64,000 nt of DNA from Octopus sinensis (GCF_006345805.1 NW_021836134.1:310001-374000); one strand, 5' to 3'; positions 12,381-22,685 are shown, counted from the stretch's first letter. Notes: generated by a model not told the origin, from the sequence alone. Translations and numbers: made by a program.

Positions 12381-13124
12381 CCATATATTGCTTTGTCGAA
12401 TTCTGCAGTCGAGAAGACGGAGAATATGTGATGGCCCAATTAAGCAACATTGAATTATACGGCAAGAAAATACGAATAAAATGGGCAGCCGTGCCAAACA
12501 AGCAAGACACAAGCAGTAATGAACTATTCTTCACCCACAGAACATTTTCACATATTCGTGGGGGATATCAGTCCAGATATCGACAACGAAGCACTCCGTA
12601 GGGCATTTGCTCAGTTCGGGGAGATATCGTAATGGAGGTGTGACATGGCAGGGACTGCAAGGTCGTGGTTGATCCAGTCACACAAGTTTCGAAGGGATAT
12701 GGGTTCATCTCCTTCATTCACGAAGAGGATGCTTCCCGTGCTATTCTCCAAATGAATTCTCAGTGGCTTGGGAGTCGGCCAATTAGGACTAATTGGGCCT
12801 CACGGAAAGTGTGTCCCACAAAGGACCGTTCTTATAGACAAATATCAGCTCAGACAACTCAGACTAATTCGACTGTCTATGTGGGGGGACTGCCTCCTGG
12901 ACTTGTTTCGGAAGACACGCTTAGAGCTGTTTTTTCCCATTTTGGGCAGATTCTTACAATTAGAGTGTTTGTCCAAAAGGGATATGCTTTTATTCAGTTG
13001 TATTTGGTGTTTTGATGGCAGATTTGATCGGAAGGAGAGTGCTGTTCAGGCTATTCATTCTGCACATTCACTTTCCATTGGTGGCTTTCCTCTCAGGTGT
13101 TCTTGGGGGAAGGAATTTTATTAA
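12381..13124 (+). CDS. TIA1: TIA-1/TIAR-like triple-RRM protein, 5'-truncated, no C-terminal Q-rich domain
   Basis: Introns 12516-12540, 12629-12651 and 12997-13021. Spliced: YCFVEF...IKWAAVPNKQDTS-KHFHIFVGDISP...SKGYGFISF...QWLGSRPIRTNWASRK...TVYVGG...KGYAFI...LRCSWGKEFY*. Confidence 0.88.
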
Positions 13125-13585
13125 CATTTATTAACTTTGCATGTACCTATACGATATGAGTTATGTGAATAAGTATTGAGGAAATAGGCTTGTTTGTACT
13201 AAGTGAATACTGGTTTTTAGTTTATTAGACTTATTGGTTCATAGGGATAGGCAGGTAATCAGATTATTATGGAATAGAATGACTAAGTAGACTAATAAAA
13301 AGCGATATACAACTGGAGAGCCAATGCCACTGATTGGGAGTAACTACATATAATTATATACCTTTAACACTAGCAATAAATTGATGTGTTATCAGAATAC
13401 TATGTAAGGTAGGAATTACCACATAAGACAATTTTGCGAATAGGCGTATAAAAAAGTTATGCCACTACAGACAGTACACAAACGACAGATGGAAGAACCG
13501 GTGGCCGAATAACAAAGCTTTCCTGGGTTCGAATCCCAAGACCACAACTTTTAAGAATTTAAATTTAAAAAACGAAAAAAGTAAT

Positions 13586-14106
13586 TTAAAGTTGGAATTT
13601 AGTCTTGGAATGAACATCGTCAATGATAGAAGCAATACTCTCGTCAGATAATTTATCAGAAAGACTGACATATCAAAAACACAGAAACCTCGGAATCAAC
13701 GCTTTGGCCTGAGAGACTGTAGAAGGGGCCAAATTAGCCAACTGAGCTCGCTCGAATTTATGCAATTCAGGTTTTCCCAAGGCTCTACTCATTCAGAGAT
13801 CCCCGATAACCTGCGGACAGCACTGACTGTTTCCTTTGTCTTGAAGCGACTGAATAAATTGCAGTAATCGAGTGTAGATCGGAAGACTTCGGAGATCTCG
13901 AGAGCATCGTCATCCTGGTTATTGGCATCTTCACTGAAGGAGTATAAGGACAAGTCATACCGATGTTGTAAGAGGATCCTTACTTCTGAAATTAAGATTG
14001 TTTCGGCGTCTTCAAAGTCTATGTTTGTTAGGAGAGTTAAATTTTATATAAAGCCGTCGGTAAAGCATAAATAATCGCTATTTTCTTCTTGTTCGGGTGG
14101 CCTCAT
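13586..14106 (-). CDS. POLR2D: RNA polymerase II subunit RPB4, 4 introns
   Basis: Spliced: MRPPEQEENSDYLCFTDDFEDAETILISEVRILLQHR...ISEVFRSTLDYCNLFSRFKTKETVSAVRR...LHKFERAQLANLAPSTVSQAKALIPSL...IIDDVHSKTKFQL*. First intron 14019-14054 is GC-AG. Confidence 0.92.
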
Positions 14107-14419
14107 AAGAATCAAAACTATTTATTTATTTATTTAATTTAATAATGTTATAATTATTTAAATTAAGTAATATTTGTATTATTAATTTAATTAAATAATT
14201 TAAAAATTACATTTATATTAATAGGAAATTATTATTTAAACGATCATGTATTTTGTTATTATAACATGAAAATATTAAATTTAAAAATTAAGTTTTTTAA
14301 TTTTTTCAACTATTATCTAATATTTAAATGGTTTTTATTTTATTTAAAAATTAAATTTATTTGTTTTAATTATTTAATCTTGTGGTGTTTATTCAATTTA
14401 CAAAGTCAGCCACCCAAAC
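14107..14419. promoter_or_regulatory. Probable bidirectional promoter region (RPB4 / GABPA)
   Basis: 313-bp extremely AT-rich spacer between two divergently oriented start codons. No specific motif identified. Confidence 0.5.
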
Positions 14420-15122
14420 ATGTACAACTCAGAGGAGTGCTCAGAACTGGTTGCGAATTCTCCCAAAAAAAGACAGAATAAAGAACAACTACAATGTTTG
14501 GTGGACATTGACCGCCCAATTTATACAATTCTATCCCTCCTTCGAAGTGAGACTGGTCACCCCCTGAAAGACTATTCTATCCACGTCCAAGACGCCCTGA
14601 TTGTACTAAAATTTTAATTTATCTAAGAATGACACAAATTCGGCAGTCTCCTCTCTTTGTGTGAACCACAATGGGCCGGTCGAAGTGCTGGTCGAAGTTC
14701 AGCATGGTTTTATTATTTATAAATAACTCAGAATTGAGATCTGTAAACGTGTTGGACGTTGTTTCAGTGAGGCAGAACAGAGGAGTGCAGTTGTGGCAGT
14801 TTTTGTTGGATATGCTGACAGACTATCGATGTTTGGAGGTCATTCGGTGGGTGGGGGACAACGGAGAGTTCAAATTAGTCAATCCTGAGGTGGTTGCTCA
14901 TTTGTGGGGGGTCAGGAAGAACAGAGGAACTATGACTTATAGCAAACTGAGTCGTGCTTTGCGTTATTACTATCAAGGGGACATGCTTGCTAAGGTTGGT
15001 CTTTCTATTTTTAGGGTTAGGTCACTGGGAAGAGGTTTGTTTATAGATTTGTGTGTGATTTGAAGACAGTTGTGGGGTATTCTTCTGCTGAGTTAAGTCT
15101 TCTTGTTAATTCTGTTGAATAA
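14420..15122 (+). CDS. GABPA: GABP-alpha-like ETS transcription factor (~208 aa), 3 introns
   Basis: Introns 14603-14627, 14707-14731 and 14995-15020. N-terminal ubiquitin-like OST region (VDIDRPI...SIHVQD...VNVLDVV), then ETS domain [11 protein letters not shown]...[23 protein letters not shown]...[30 protein letters not shown] (GABPA-diagnostic tail). Confidence 0.9.
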
Positions 15123-15678
15123 TTGCTTTGATTGAATAAATATTTGATTTTTGTTGTTTATTGTGCATGTTATTTTTCTTGCATGTCGTGGCTTCGGGGA
15201 ATTCGGGGAAAGAGCTATTCTAGATGAAGATAAATAATTGAAGGGATAAAAAACTCTGGTGAGTATTCCACGTTCAATAATAATTTCTAAGTAGTGTGTT
15301 TTTAAATTTGGAATAGAAATTTCTCATTTTCTAGGATTTTAGTTTCTAGTTGAATTAAAAGCTTTCCTCTTATGAATTCATGCTCAAGATAATTTGTGGA
15401 TATTTTGCTCTGTTTACACGTGTATTGATCAGTCCTTGTTCTTTCCAACATTGAGGTGTCTTTTAGAACATAGTACTGAAATAATAAATTGTATGTTTAG
15501 CAGATTTGGAAATTATCTAATTCACACATTCAAGTTCATAAAATATTAAATATTGGAAATTTAGTTTCAGCTACTATTTTTTCAACATAAGTTTTTATAT
15601 TTTTTTGTGGAAAGATTTTTATTAACTCCGTCTCTATTGTCACTTGGAACAATTTCCTTTGGTGATTAATGATCAAAT

Positions 15679-16268
15679 GTTGACGAGTACGGTTTGCACC
15701 CCCTCGCTTGCCGGCGAAGTGCCGGTCGCGACCCCTGTCACAGTGAACTCAACTCGATCATACAGAGAGCATTCGCCTCAGCTGGCATCCCGTCAATCCT
15801 TGAACCTGTTGGACTGGATAGAGGGGATGGCAAACGCCCAGACGGGTTGTCCACCTTCCCATACGAGCAGGGGAAATCCCTTATTTGGGATTCTACCTGT
15901 TCGGACACGTTCTCGCTTGGAAATCTCGCTCAGTCCGCCGCCAATCCTGGGCACGCTTCGAGGCAGGCCGAGGACCGAAAGATTCTCAAGTACGGCCATC
16001 TTTCCAACTCGCTGTTCTTTACTTCAATTGCCGTGGAGTCCTCCGGGATTTTCGGCCCCAAGACACTCCGCTTCCTTCGCTCGCTCGGCCGACGGATTTC
16101 AAGGACTAGCCACGATCCAAGAGAGTATTCTTGGCTCCTGGAACGTCTGTCGATTGCTGTGATCCGAGGGAACGGCTTCGCCATTCGCGAGGCTGGCCGG
16201 GTGTCTCGTGAGGCCAGTAATTAGCTTAGCTATCTTTTCACGTCCTTATTAATTTTTTTGGGAAAAAA
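15679..16268 (+). mobile_element. 5'-truncated CRE-clade retrotransposon (second subfamily)
   Basis: 11-bp TSD aatgatcaaat (15668-15678 / 16269-16279), short A tail. ORF VDEYGLHPLACRRSAGRDPCH...GKRPDG...WDSTC...AVESSG...LERLSIAVIRGN. Confidence 0.9.
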
Positions 16269-16712
16269 AATGATCAAATTAGGAATGCAAAGTCATGTGG
16301 ACAGTATATAATACACATTATTTGGGAACATTCTTCAAATCATTAAAGGTAAACAAATGTGTGTAGTAAGTGAGTACCATTAGTAGTCCAACTCTGTCCC
16401 AATAACTGGTTATCCAGCATGCGGTCTGTTCAGGACTTCTAAGTGAATACTCAAAAAGTATTAGACAGGAGAGTACTTCCCGACATGAAGACGAGGGACT
16501 TGATTAAGTTAATTTCCTAAAATATTGTATTGCCTAAGGAAATGAAAAACTATGATCAACCTCTTTTAGCCAGATATTTAGTACTAGCTCAGCAGTTCGC
16601 TTCGCTCACTGCGAGCTAGCTCCTGCGGAGGCCCTGCTCGCTACGCTCGCAGTTTCCTTAAATAACTATAAATTTATGTAGATATATAAATGCGACCTGC
16701 TTTGATATAACC

Positions 16713-19700
16713 TTATTCTAAGGCCTGTGGATAAACGATGTTTGCAGTCCGTCCATCCTTGGCAAATATAAATAAATTTTCTCTTCTACCTACCCTTGAG
16801 CACCCCACATACAGCTGGCCATGTGAAAAGCACTCGTTCTCTAAAAATAAGCCTACTACCTTTAAAGACTGTCCCTGGGCCTTGTTTATTGTCATAGCAA
16901 AACTTATCTTCAGCGGAAATTGTAGTCTCTTAAATCTAAAAGGTAATTCTTCCGAAATCAGAGGTATTCGTGGGATATAAACATCCTCACCTCTGTAATT
17001 ACCTGTTAATATTGTCGCTTCTATTACGTTAGCCATCAAATTCTTGATAACCAACCTTGTACCATTGCATAATTTAGGTGGCGCAAGATTGCGGAGTAAC
17101 ACAACCGGTACACCTATTTTTAATTTCAATAGATGATTCGGCATTCCAGATGGATCTAAGGAATTTAAAAATTCTACAGGATATTCGCAGGCCCTTTCAT
17201 GGTCCATAATAACGTCGACCGATTTATATATTCTTTCTCTGCCAGGGATTTTCATTAATAAATCTAAATTTATATTAAGTACCTCATCATTAAGTGGAGC
17301 TAATATAGCTCGTTCACGCAGCCAGTCGAAATTCACGTAGTGTTCAGATAGTTCGGAATAGACGGCATTCAATAATTCTTCTGCTGTTTCTACGAAAATA
17401 CATAATTCTTCCGGTAGCCTAATTTTCTGGTCTTGCATTTCTGAAGTGATTGCCCCATTTCCAATATCTAGAAGGATTTGTGGGAATATGCTATTAACGC
17501 CTTGTAAATGTGCACGTACATTTACATCTAAGCTTACCTTTTTCACGTGTGTCCACAAATATGACGATTTGAGGCAGGCATTCAATTCATCCGCAGGCGG
17601 CCCTCTTTGAATAATTGGCAGCGTCTGTCTAAAATCACCTGCCAATACAACTATTGCTCCCCCAAATAAATGGTCGCTACAATTCTTGATATCTCTATAT
17701 GTTCGATCAACTGCTTCGAATGCGCCTTTATGAGCCATCGTACATTCATCCCAAACAATTAACCTAGAATGCATAATTCTATTACCCGTAGTTGAATTTT
17801 TTTTTACATTACAAACCGGTTCAGTAGTATATGAGAGATTCAACGGAATGTTGAATGTCGAATGTGCGGTTCGACCGCCATCTAAAAGAGTTGCAGCAAT
17901 TCCAGAAGATGCAACTGCTAAAGCTAGTTTATTTTCGCTTCTGACCTTAGCTAATAATAGATTTAGAAGATAGGTCTTACCTGTTCCACCCGGTGCATCA
18001 ATAAAAATGATAGAACCGTTTTCTTCTTGGATGACTCGATTAATTTCTCTGTATACCTCCAACTGGCCAGTGGTTAAGCTTTGTTCTCTTTCTTCCACTA
18101 TTGTTCGAAGTTCTTCTAAATTATAATGCTCATCAAATGAATTAATATTATGAATATCGCTGATTATAAAACCAAATTCACCTATACTCTTACCAACGAT
18201 AGATATTAGCAATCTATCTATCATGATTAATCCAATGTTGAAAATCTCTGCATCGAAACTCAATCTATTCTTCTCTCTTAATATATCTTCACACATGCTT
18301 TCTCGGTGACCTTCCCACAGTTGTTGTGGATTTGCTAACCCACAATGGGCTAGCATCAAAGTAAATAAATACCTTAGTCGCGATGGGGAATCTGCAAGTT
18401 CAGCTTCTGTTAAAGTCTGATTCCAGTGATTATCATCCTCTAAAAGACCTAATTTAAAACAGGCTTCTCTGTATGTTTCGCAGAGTACTCCATCTACAGT
18501 CCGTAGATCAGTGAAAGATTCTGGCCCTCGTACGGTGTGCAAAAGTAACCTAACACAATAACATTCAAAATTATTTGGATGCACTGTATATACTCTACCC
18601 AATGCATCTGCACTTACAATTCCTGAATGTCCATTTACTGGATTTCCTCTTATCCTTCTCTTAAATCTCTTCCCCGCGACATCCCATGTATAATATCTAG
18701 GAACATCAACATAATATATAGTCTTTGCAAATTGATCTGTACGACATAATTCGAAGAATGCCATCAGAGTTGAATTTCTTGCATTTGTAACTTGATTGCG
18801 TGCATTCTGCTCTGTGAAATAAATTCTTTGCCCATTTTCCAGGTGAACCCCTAAATGCATAACCAATGGATATCTTTCATGAATCGGATATCCAAAAATT
18901 CTCCATGCTCCTTCATTACTGCAGATATAGCGTCCATGTTGATAAAAAGTTGGCTCATCACGTTGCTCTATTGAAAAGATTGCCTGATCTGACCCTTTAT
19001 TAATGTACTTACATACATATTTAATTGATCTAATTGAATTACAAAATTCCACATTGATATGTGCATCAAAAATCTTACTTAATAGTGGATTATAAGGCAC
19101 TATCCATCTGTTATCAACTGTTATTTCATTTTCTTTTCCTTCGTGGAGGGTTGCAGTATATCCTCCTTCAGCTGCTCCCCTTCTCTGGTAAAATGGAAAT
19201 CCATTTTCACCTGTTTGCGTGTTAATTATTAAGTTTTTTGGGTACCCTTTAGAACACTTACCATCTTGCATACACGGTGATGATCTGTTATATATGCCAC
19301 ACGGACCATGTATCATATTTCTTTTGATGATCTCGTATAATTCTCTATCTTCATTTGGATTTGGCAATTCTGCCCGTATGCAATCGTCTATCTCTGTAGG
19401 CCTAATTTTAGTTACTAACCATACTAATATATGTATATGTGGTAAACCTCTTTTTTGCCACTCTACTGTATACATGTGGCATCTTGTCTTCCCAAAAATC
19501 TGTCCCTTGCATAGAAGATCAATCATCTTATCGACTTTTTGTTTAAAAACACGTGCTATGATGTCTTGTCTATACTCGACCTTTTGTCCTACAAATATGT
19601 TATCACTAATTTCTGGCCATTTCGGATTACACGTAAAAGTGATAAACAGATCCGGAGTTCCGTAATTTCTAACGTATGTCATAGCATCTTGAGTTCGCTC

Positions 19701-21980
19701 ATGCATATATCTTGGTCCTCCCGTGAATGACGAAGGCAAAATAACCATTTGACCTACATTAGACACATTACCGTCATTCATTATGGCATCTCTTAGATGT
19801 ATATACTCTTCTGCTCTCAGTTTCCGCTGATTCAACCGAATGTAGAGAAGTCTCTCTGCCTCTATTTTCGCATACATATCTACAATAAACTGATTAAATA
19901 ACTGGCCTGTACGATGTAGAATGTTGAATTCCTGCTCTCTTATCATCAACCTATAAGAATAAAATTCCATACAACTGGTTTTTTTAGTAGTAGTTAAACC
20001 AGTCGACGGATTAAAATGCATTACCTTAAAATTGTACCCATCCTCTCCTCTCGGAAATAATAATGGGTACTGAAGTGCATCATATGACCGATGTGTCTCT
20101 GAAATTCTCATTAATCCAGTGGATCTCTTGTTTATTATTATGTCTCTCGAGTCATAGTGTTGACCTACTATTAGAATTCCAACCTGGTTTGACGTTGGTG
20201 CGTTGTATCGACGGCTATGTTCATTTGCAGGTGTCCTATCTGCATGTATAATTACCTTACAATCTTCATCTGCTGTGGATCTCAGAACAGATCTAAAAGA
20301 TGAAATATACGTGTTGCACATTTGCAACATATTTTGCAACGAACTAATAATGTTGCCTCGTAGTCTTGAATCTGCTAGACATCTTCGGTTAGATTGTTCT
20401 TCGTGATTATCTATAAAGTAAATTTGTAAAAATTTAAAATCCTCGCCTTCACTTGGAAGGAGTGAACCCATCCTGTGATACACTTGCCCAAGTACCTTAA
20501 ATGTGGGCATATAGCCCGTCGGATTGAAATTTCCACTTGTACCAAAAGATGTCATCTGAAAAACATTATTGTACCTGCGAATATTATCAACGAAGTGCCT
20601 AGATGATGGTGTATCATTCCTCAACAGTGTTAAAAGAGGCTCAGGAGGCGGGTCTAAAACTGGTAAACGTACCTTTCCGCGACTGCAGCACATTCCGATA
20701 GTTTCCCCCTTAAATTTCATAGCTAAACAAAAAGTACATATCTCCGTTAAAGCACCTACATTACCTAAATTTCTATACTCAATGCCCCTATTATAATTAA
20801 ATCCAGTGTTTTCTAAACCAATAGAATTTGATACCCTACTATTCCTGCGTGAAACTCGTAGTCGATTTTCTGTCTGATGTTCATCCTGAGTTAGTTGGTT
20901 CCTCCTAACTGAATTTCTTCTTGTGTTCCGATCTCGTCGGCATTCCCTTTGTTGTTGTGACTCTTGTTCCCTACTAATAGCCGTTGCCATTCTATCTTGT
21001 TCTTGCCTATGTTCCCTCTGTTCTTGAGTCTCTTGTTCCCTACTAATAGCCGTTGCCATTCTATCTTGTTCTTGCCTATGTTCCCTCTGTTCTTGAGTCT
21101 CTTTTTCCCTACTAATAGCAGTTCCCATTCTATTTTGCTCTTGCCTATGTTCCCTTTGTTCTTCTGTCTCTTGTTCCCTACTAATAGCCGTTGCCATTCT
21201 ATCTTGTTCTTGTCTATGTTCCCTTTGTTGTTGTGACTCTTGTTCCCTACTAATAGCCGTTGCCATTCTATCTTGTTCTTGCCTATGTTCCCTCTGTTCT
21301 TGAGTCTCTTGTTCCCTACTAATAGCCGTTGCCATTCTATCTTGTTCTTGCCTATGTTCCCTCTGTTCTTGAGTCTCTTTTTCCCTACTAATAGCAGTTC
21401 CCATTCTATTTTGCTCTTGCCTATGTTCCCTTTGTTCTTCTGTCTCTTGTTCCCTACTAATAGCCGTTGCCATTCTATCTTGTTCTTGTCTATGTTCCCT
21501 CTGTTCTTGTGACTCTTGTTCCCTACTAATAGCCGTTGCCATTCTATCTTGTTCTTGTCTATGTTCCCTCTGTTCTTGTGACTCTTGTTCCCTACTAATA
21601 GCCTTCCCCATTCTATCTTGTTCCTGCCTATGTTCCCTCTGTTCTTGTGACTCTTGTTCCCTACTAATAGCCTTCCCCATTCTATCTTGTTCTTGTCTAT
21701 GTTCCCTCTGTTCTTGTGACTCTTGTTCCCTAGTAATAGCCTTCCCCATTCTATCTTGTTCTTTTCTGAAATTCCTCATATCATCGGTCTCTTGCCTCCT
21801 TCTTATAGTTGCTCTTAATCTGTTGCATTCTTGTCGATGTTCCTTTTGATCTTGTGACTCGGCTGCCCTTTTCATAGCCATGCGCAATCTATTCTTTTCT
21901 CGTCTAAAATTTGAGATCGAAAACGTCTCATTTGAACTATTTACTTTAATGTTAAATTTATTATCTAGACTAACACTCAT
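16713..21980 (-). CDS. Helitron Rep/helicase (HUH endonuclease + PIF1-like SF1 helicase), 1755 aa, intronless
   Basis: Rep motifs DLFITFTCNPKW, EWQKRGLPHIH and KYVCKYINKG; helicase motifs DAPGGTGKT, WDEC, GDFRQ, TINKAQGQSL and HGQLYVGCSRV. Confidence 0.97.
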   Translation of the reverse strand: MSVSLDNKFNIKVNSSNETFSISNFRREKNRLRMAMKRAAESQDQKEHRQECNRLRATIRRRQETDDMRNFRKEQDRMGKAITREQESQEQREHRQEQDRMGKAISREQESQEQREHRQEQDRMGKAISREQESQEQREHRQEQDRMATAISREQESQEQREHRQEQDRMATAISREQETEEQREHRQEQNRMGTAISREKETQEQREHRQEQDRMATAISREQETQEQREHRQEQDRMATAISREQESQQQREHRQEQDRMATAISREQETEEQREHRQEQNRMGTAISREKETQEQREHRQEQDRMATAISREQETQEQREHRQEQDRMATAISREQESQQQRECRRDRNTRRNSVRRNQLTQDEHQTENRLRVSRRNSRVSNSIGLENTGFNYNRGIEYRNLGNVGALTEICTFCLAMKFKGETIGMCCSRGKVRLPVLDPPPEPLLTLLRNDTPSSRHFVDNIRRYNNVFQMTSFGTSGNFNPTGYMPTFKVLGQVYHRMGSLLPSEGEDFKFLQIYFIDNHEEQSNRRCLADSRLRGNIISSLQNMLQMCNTYISSFRSVLRSTADEDCKVIIHADRTPANEHSRRYNAPTSNQVGILIVGQHYDSRDIIINKRSTGLMRISETHRSYDALQYPLLFPRGEDGYNFKVMHFNPSTGLTTTKKTSCMEFYSYRLMIREQEFNILHRTGQLFNQFIVDMYAKIEAERLLYIRLNQRKLRAEEYIHLRDAIMNDGNVSNVGQMVILPSSFTGGPRYMHERTQDAMTYVRNYGTPDLFITFTCNPKWPEISDNIFVGQKVEYRQDIIARVFKQKVDKMIDLLCKGQIFGKTRCHMYTVEWQKRGLPHIHILVWLVTKIRPTEIDDCIRAELPNPNEDRELYEIIKRNMIHGPCGIYNRSSPCMQDGKCSKGYPKNLIINTQTGENGFPFYQRRGAAEGGYTATLHEGKENEITVDNRWIVPYNPLLSKIFDAHINVEFCNSIRSIKYVCKYINKGSDQAIFSIEQRDEPTFYQHGRYICSNEGAWRIFGYPIHERYPLVMHLGVHLENGQRIYFTEQNARNQVTNARNSTLMAFFELCRTDQFAKTIYYVDVPRYYTWDVAGKRFKRRIRGNPVNGHSGIVSADALGRVYTVHPNNFECYCVRLLLHTVRGPESFTDLRTVDGVLCETYREACFKLGLLEDDNHWNQTLTEAELADSPSRLRYLFTLMLAHCGLANPQQLWEGHRESMCEDILREKNRLSFDAEIFNIGLIMIDRLLISIVGKSIGEFGFIISDIHNINSFDEHYNLEELRTIVEEREQSLTTGQLEVYREINRVIQEENGSIIFIDAPGGTGKTYLLNLLLAKVRSENKLALAVASSGIAATLLDGGRTAHSTFNIPLNLSYTTEPVCNVKKNSTTGNRIMHSRLIVWDECTMAHKGAFEAVDRTYRDIKNCSDHLFGGAIVVLAGDFRQTLPIIQRGPPADELNACLKSSYLWTHVKKVSLDVNVRAHLQGVNSIFPQILLDIGNGAITSEMQDQKIRLPEELCIFVETAEELLNAVYSELSEHYVNFDWLRERAILAPLNDEVLNINLDLLMKIPGRERIYKSVDVIMDHERACEYPVEFLNSLDPSGMPNHLLKLKIGVPVVLLRNLAPPKLCNGTRLVIKNLMANVIEATILTGNYRGEDVYIPRIPLISEELPFRFKRLQFPLKISFAMTINKAQGQSLKVVGLFLENECFSHGQLYVGCSRVGRRENLFIFAKDGRTANIVYPQALE
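20950..21770 (-). repeat. Coding 69-bp tandem repeat (~12 x 23 aa) with 276-bp higher-order duplication
   Basis: Unit QESQEQREHRQEQDRMATAISRE. Units 5-8 recur as units 9-12 (near-identical antisense ORFs at 20964 and 21240, offset 276). Confidence 0.95.
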
Positions 21981-22049
21981 ATCATCGAAACTATATCGTT
22001 TAAATTATTATTTCCTACACTAACTTTTTTACGTTTCGTGCTACATAAA

Positions 22050-22442
22050 TTATCTAAAACCTGTGTATTTTCCAAATATTCTTTGTTTCTCAATAGGTAA
22101 TCCGTTTCCATACACTAAAAATAAATCTAATATTAATACCTCTTTACTGAAGTTATTTTCATCGAAACGGATCGATTGATGATCTTCTGACAACCGATGA
22201 GTAATCTTATTTTCTCTGACATTACATAAGCCTACACTACCTACATTTCCTGCACCTAGATTACCTACGCATGCACCTACACTACCTACACTCCCTGCGC
22301 CCACATTTCCTGCATTTCCTACACCTATATTACCTATGCCCGCACCTACATTACTTACACTCCCCCCAAGCTCAGTTTGTTCGTTTGTTTTAGCATCCAC
22401 GATATCTTCGGTGAAACTCTCCATATTCTGACTACCCACCAT
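22050..22442 (-). CDS. Small Gly/Val/Asn-rich ORF upstream of RepHel (accessory ORF or detached 5' exon)
   Basis: 130-aa ORF with NVGAG/SVG repeats, same strand, stop ~70 bp before the RepHel ATG. No homology recognised. Confidence 0.35.
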   Translation of the reverse strand: MVGSQNMESFTEDIVDAKTNEQTELGGSVSNVGAGIGNIGVGNAGNVGAGSVGSVGACVGNLGAGNVGSVGLCNVRENKITHRLSEDHQSIRFDENNFSKEVLILDLFLVYGNGLPIEKQRIFGKYTGFR

Positions 22443-22492
22443 ACTAATCTTATTTTTTACGCCACGCAGTAATACATATTGAACATTTAACG

Positions 22493-22685
22493 CTCTTAAG
22501 CCTTGTCTTATCTTAATTGCTATCTGAAGTGGTTTGTCTAATCAAGGTCACTAAGCCTATTTCCGTAAACTGTAAAGGGCTCTTAAGCCTTATCTTAATT
22601 GCTATCTGAAGTGGTTTGTCTAATCAAGGTCACTAAGCTAAATTTCCGGAAACTGTAAAGGGCTCTTAAGCATTATCTTAATAGG
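22493..22685. repeat. ~85-bp tandem repeat x2.2 (also ~35790-35985)
   Basis: ctcttaagcc(ttgtc)ttatcttaattgctatctgaagtggtttgtctaatcaaggtcactaag... starts at 22493, 22580 and 22663. Confidence 0.85.

Noticed and set aside
13499-13547. tRNA-like sequence (A-box-like tggccgaa, B-box ggttcgaatcc)
   Set aside because: Only ~17 nt between the boxes, no D or anticodon arms and a poor acceptor stem. At most a tRNA/SINE relic; a covariance-model search is needed.
16738-21512. Plus-strand ORFs opposite RepHel (and opposite the LINE and CRE ORFs)
   Set aside because: Antisense shadows of real coding sequence.
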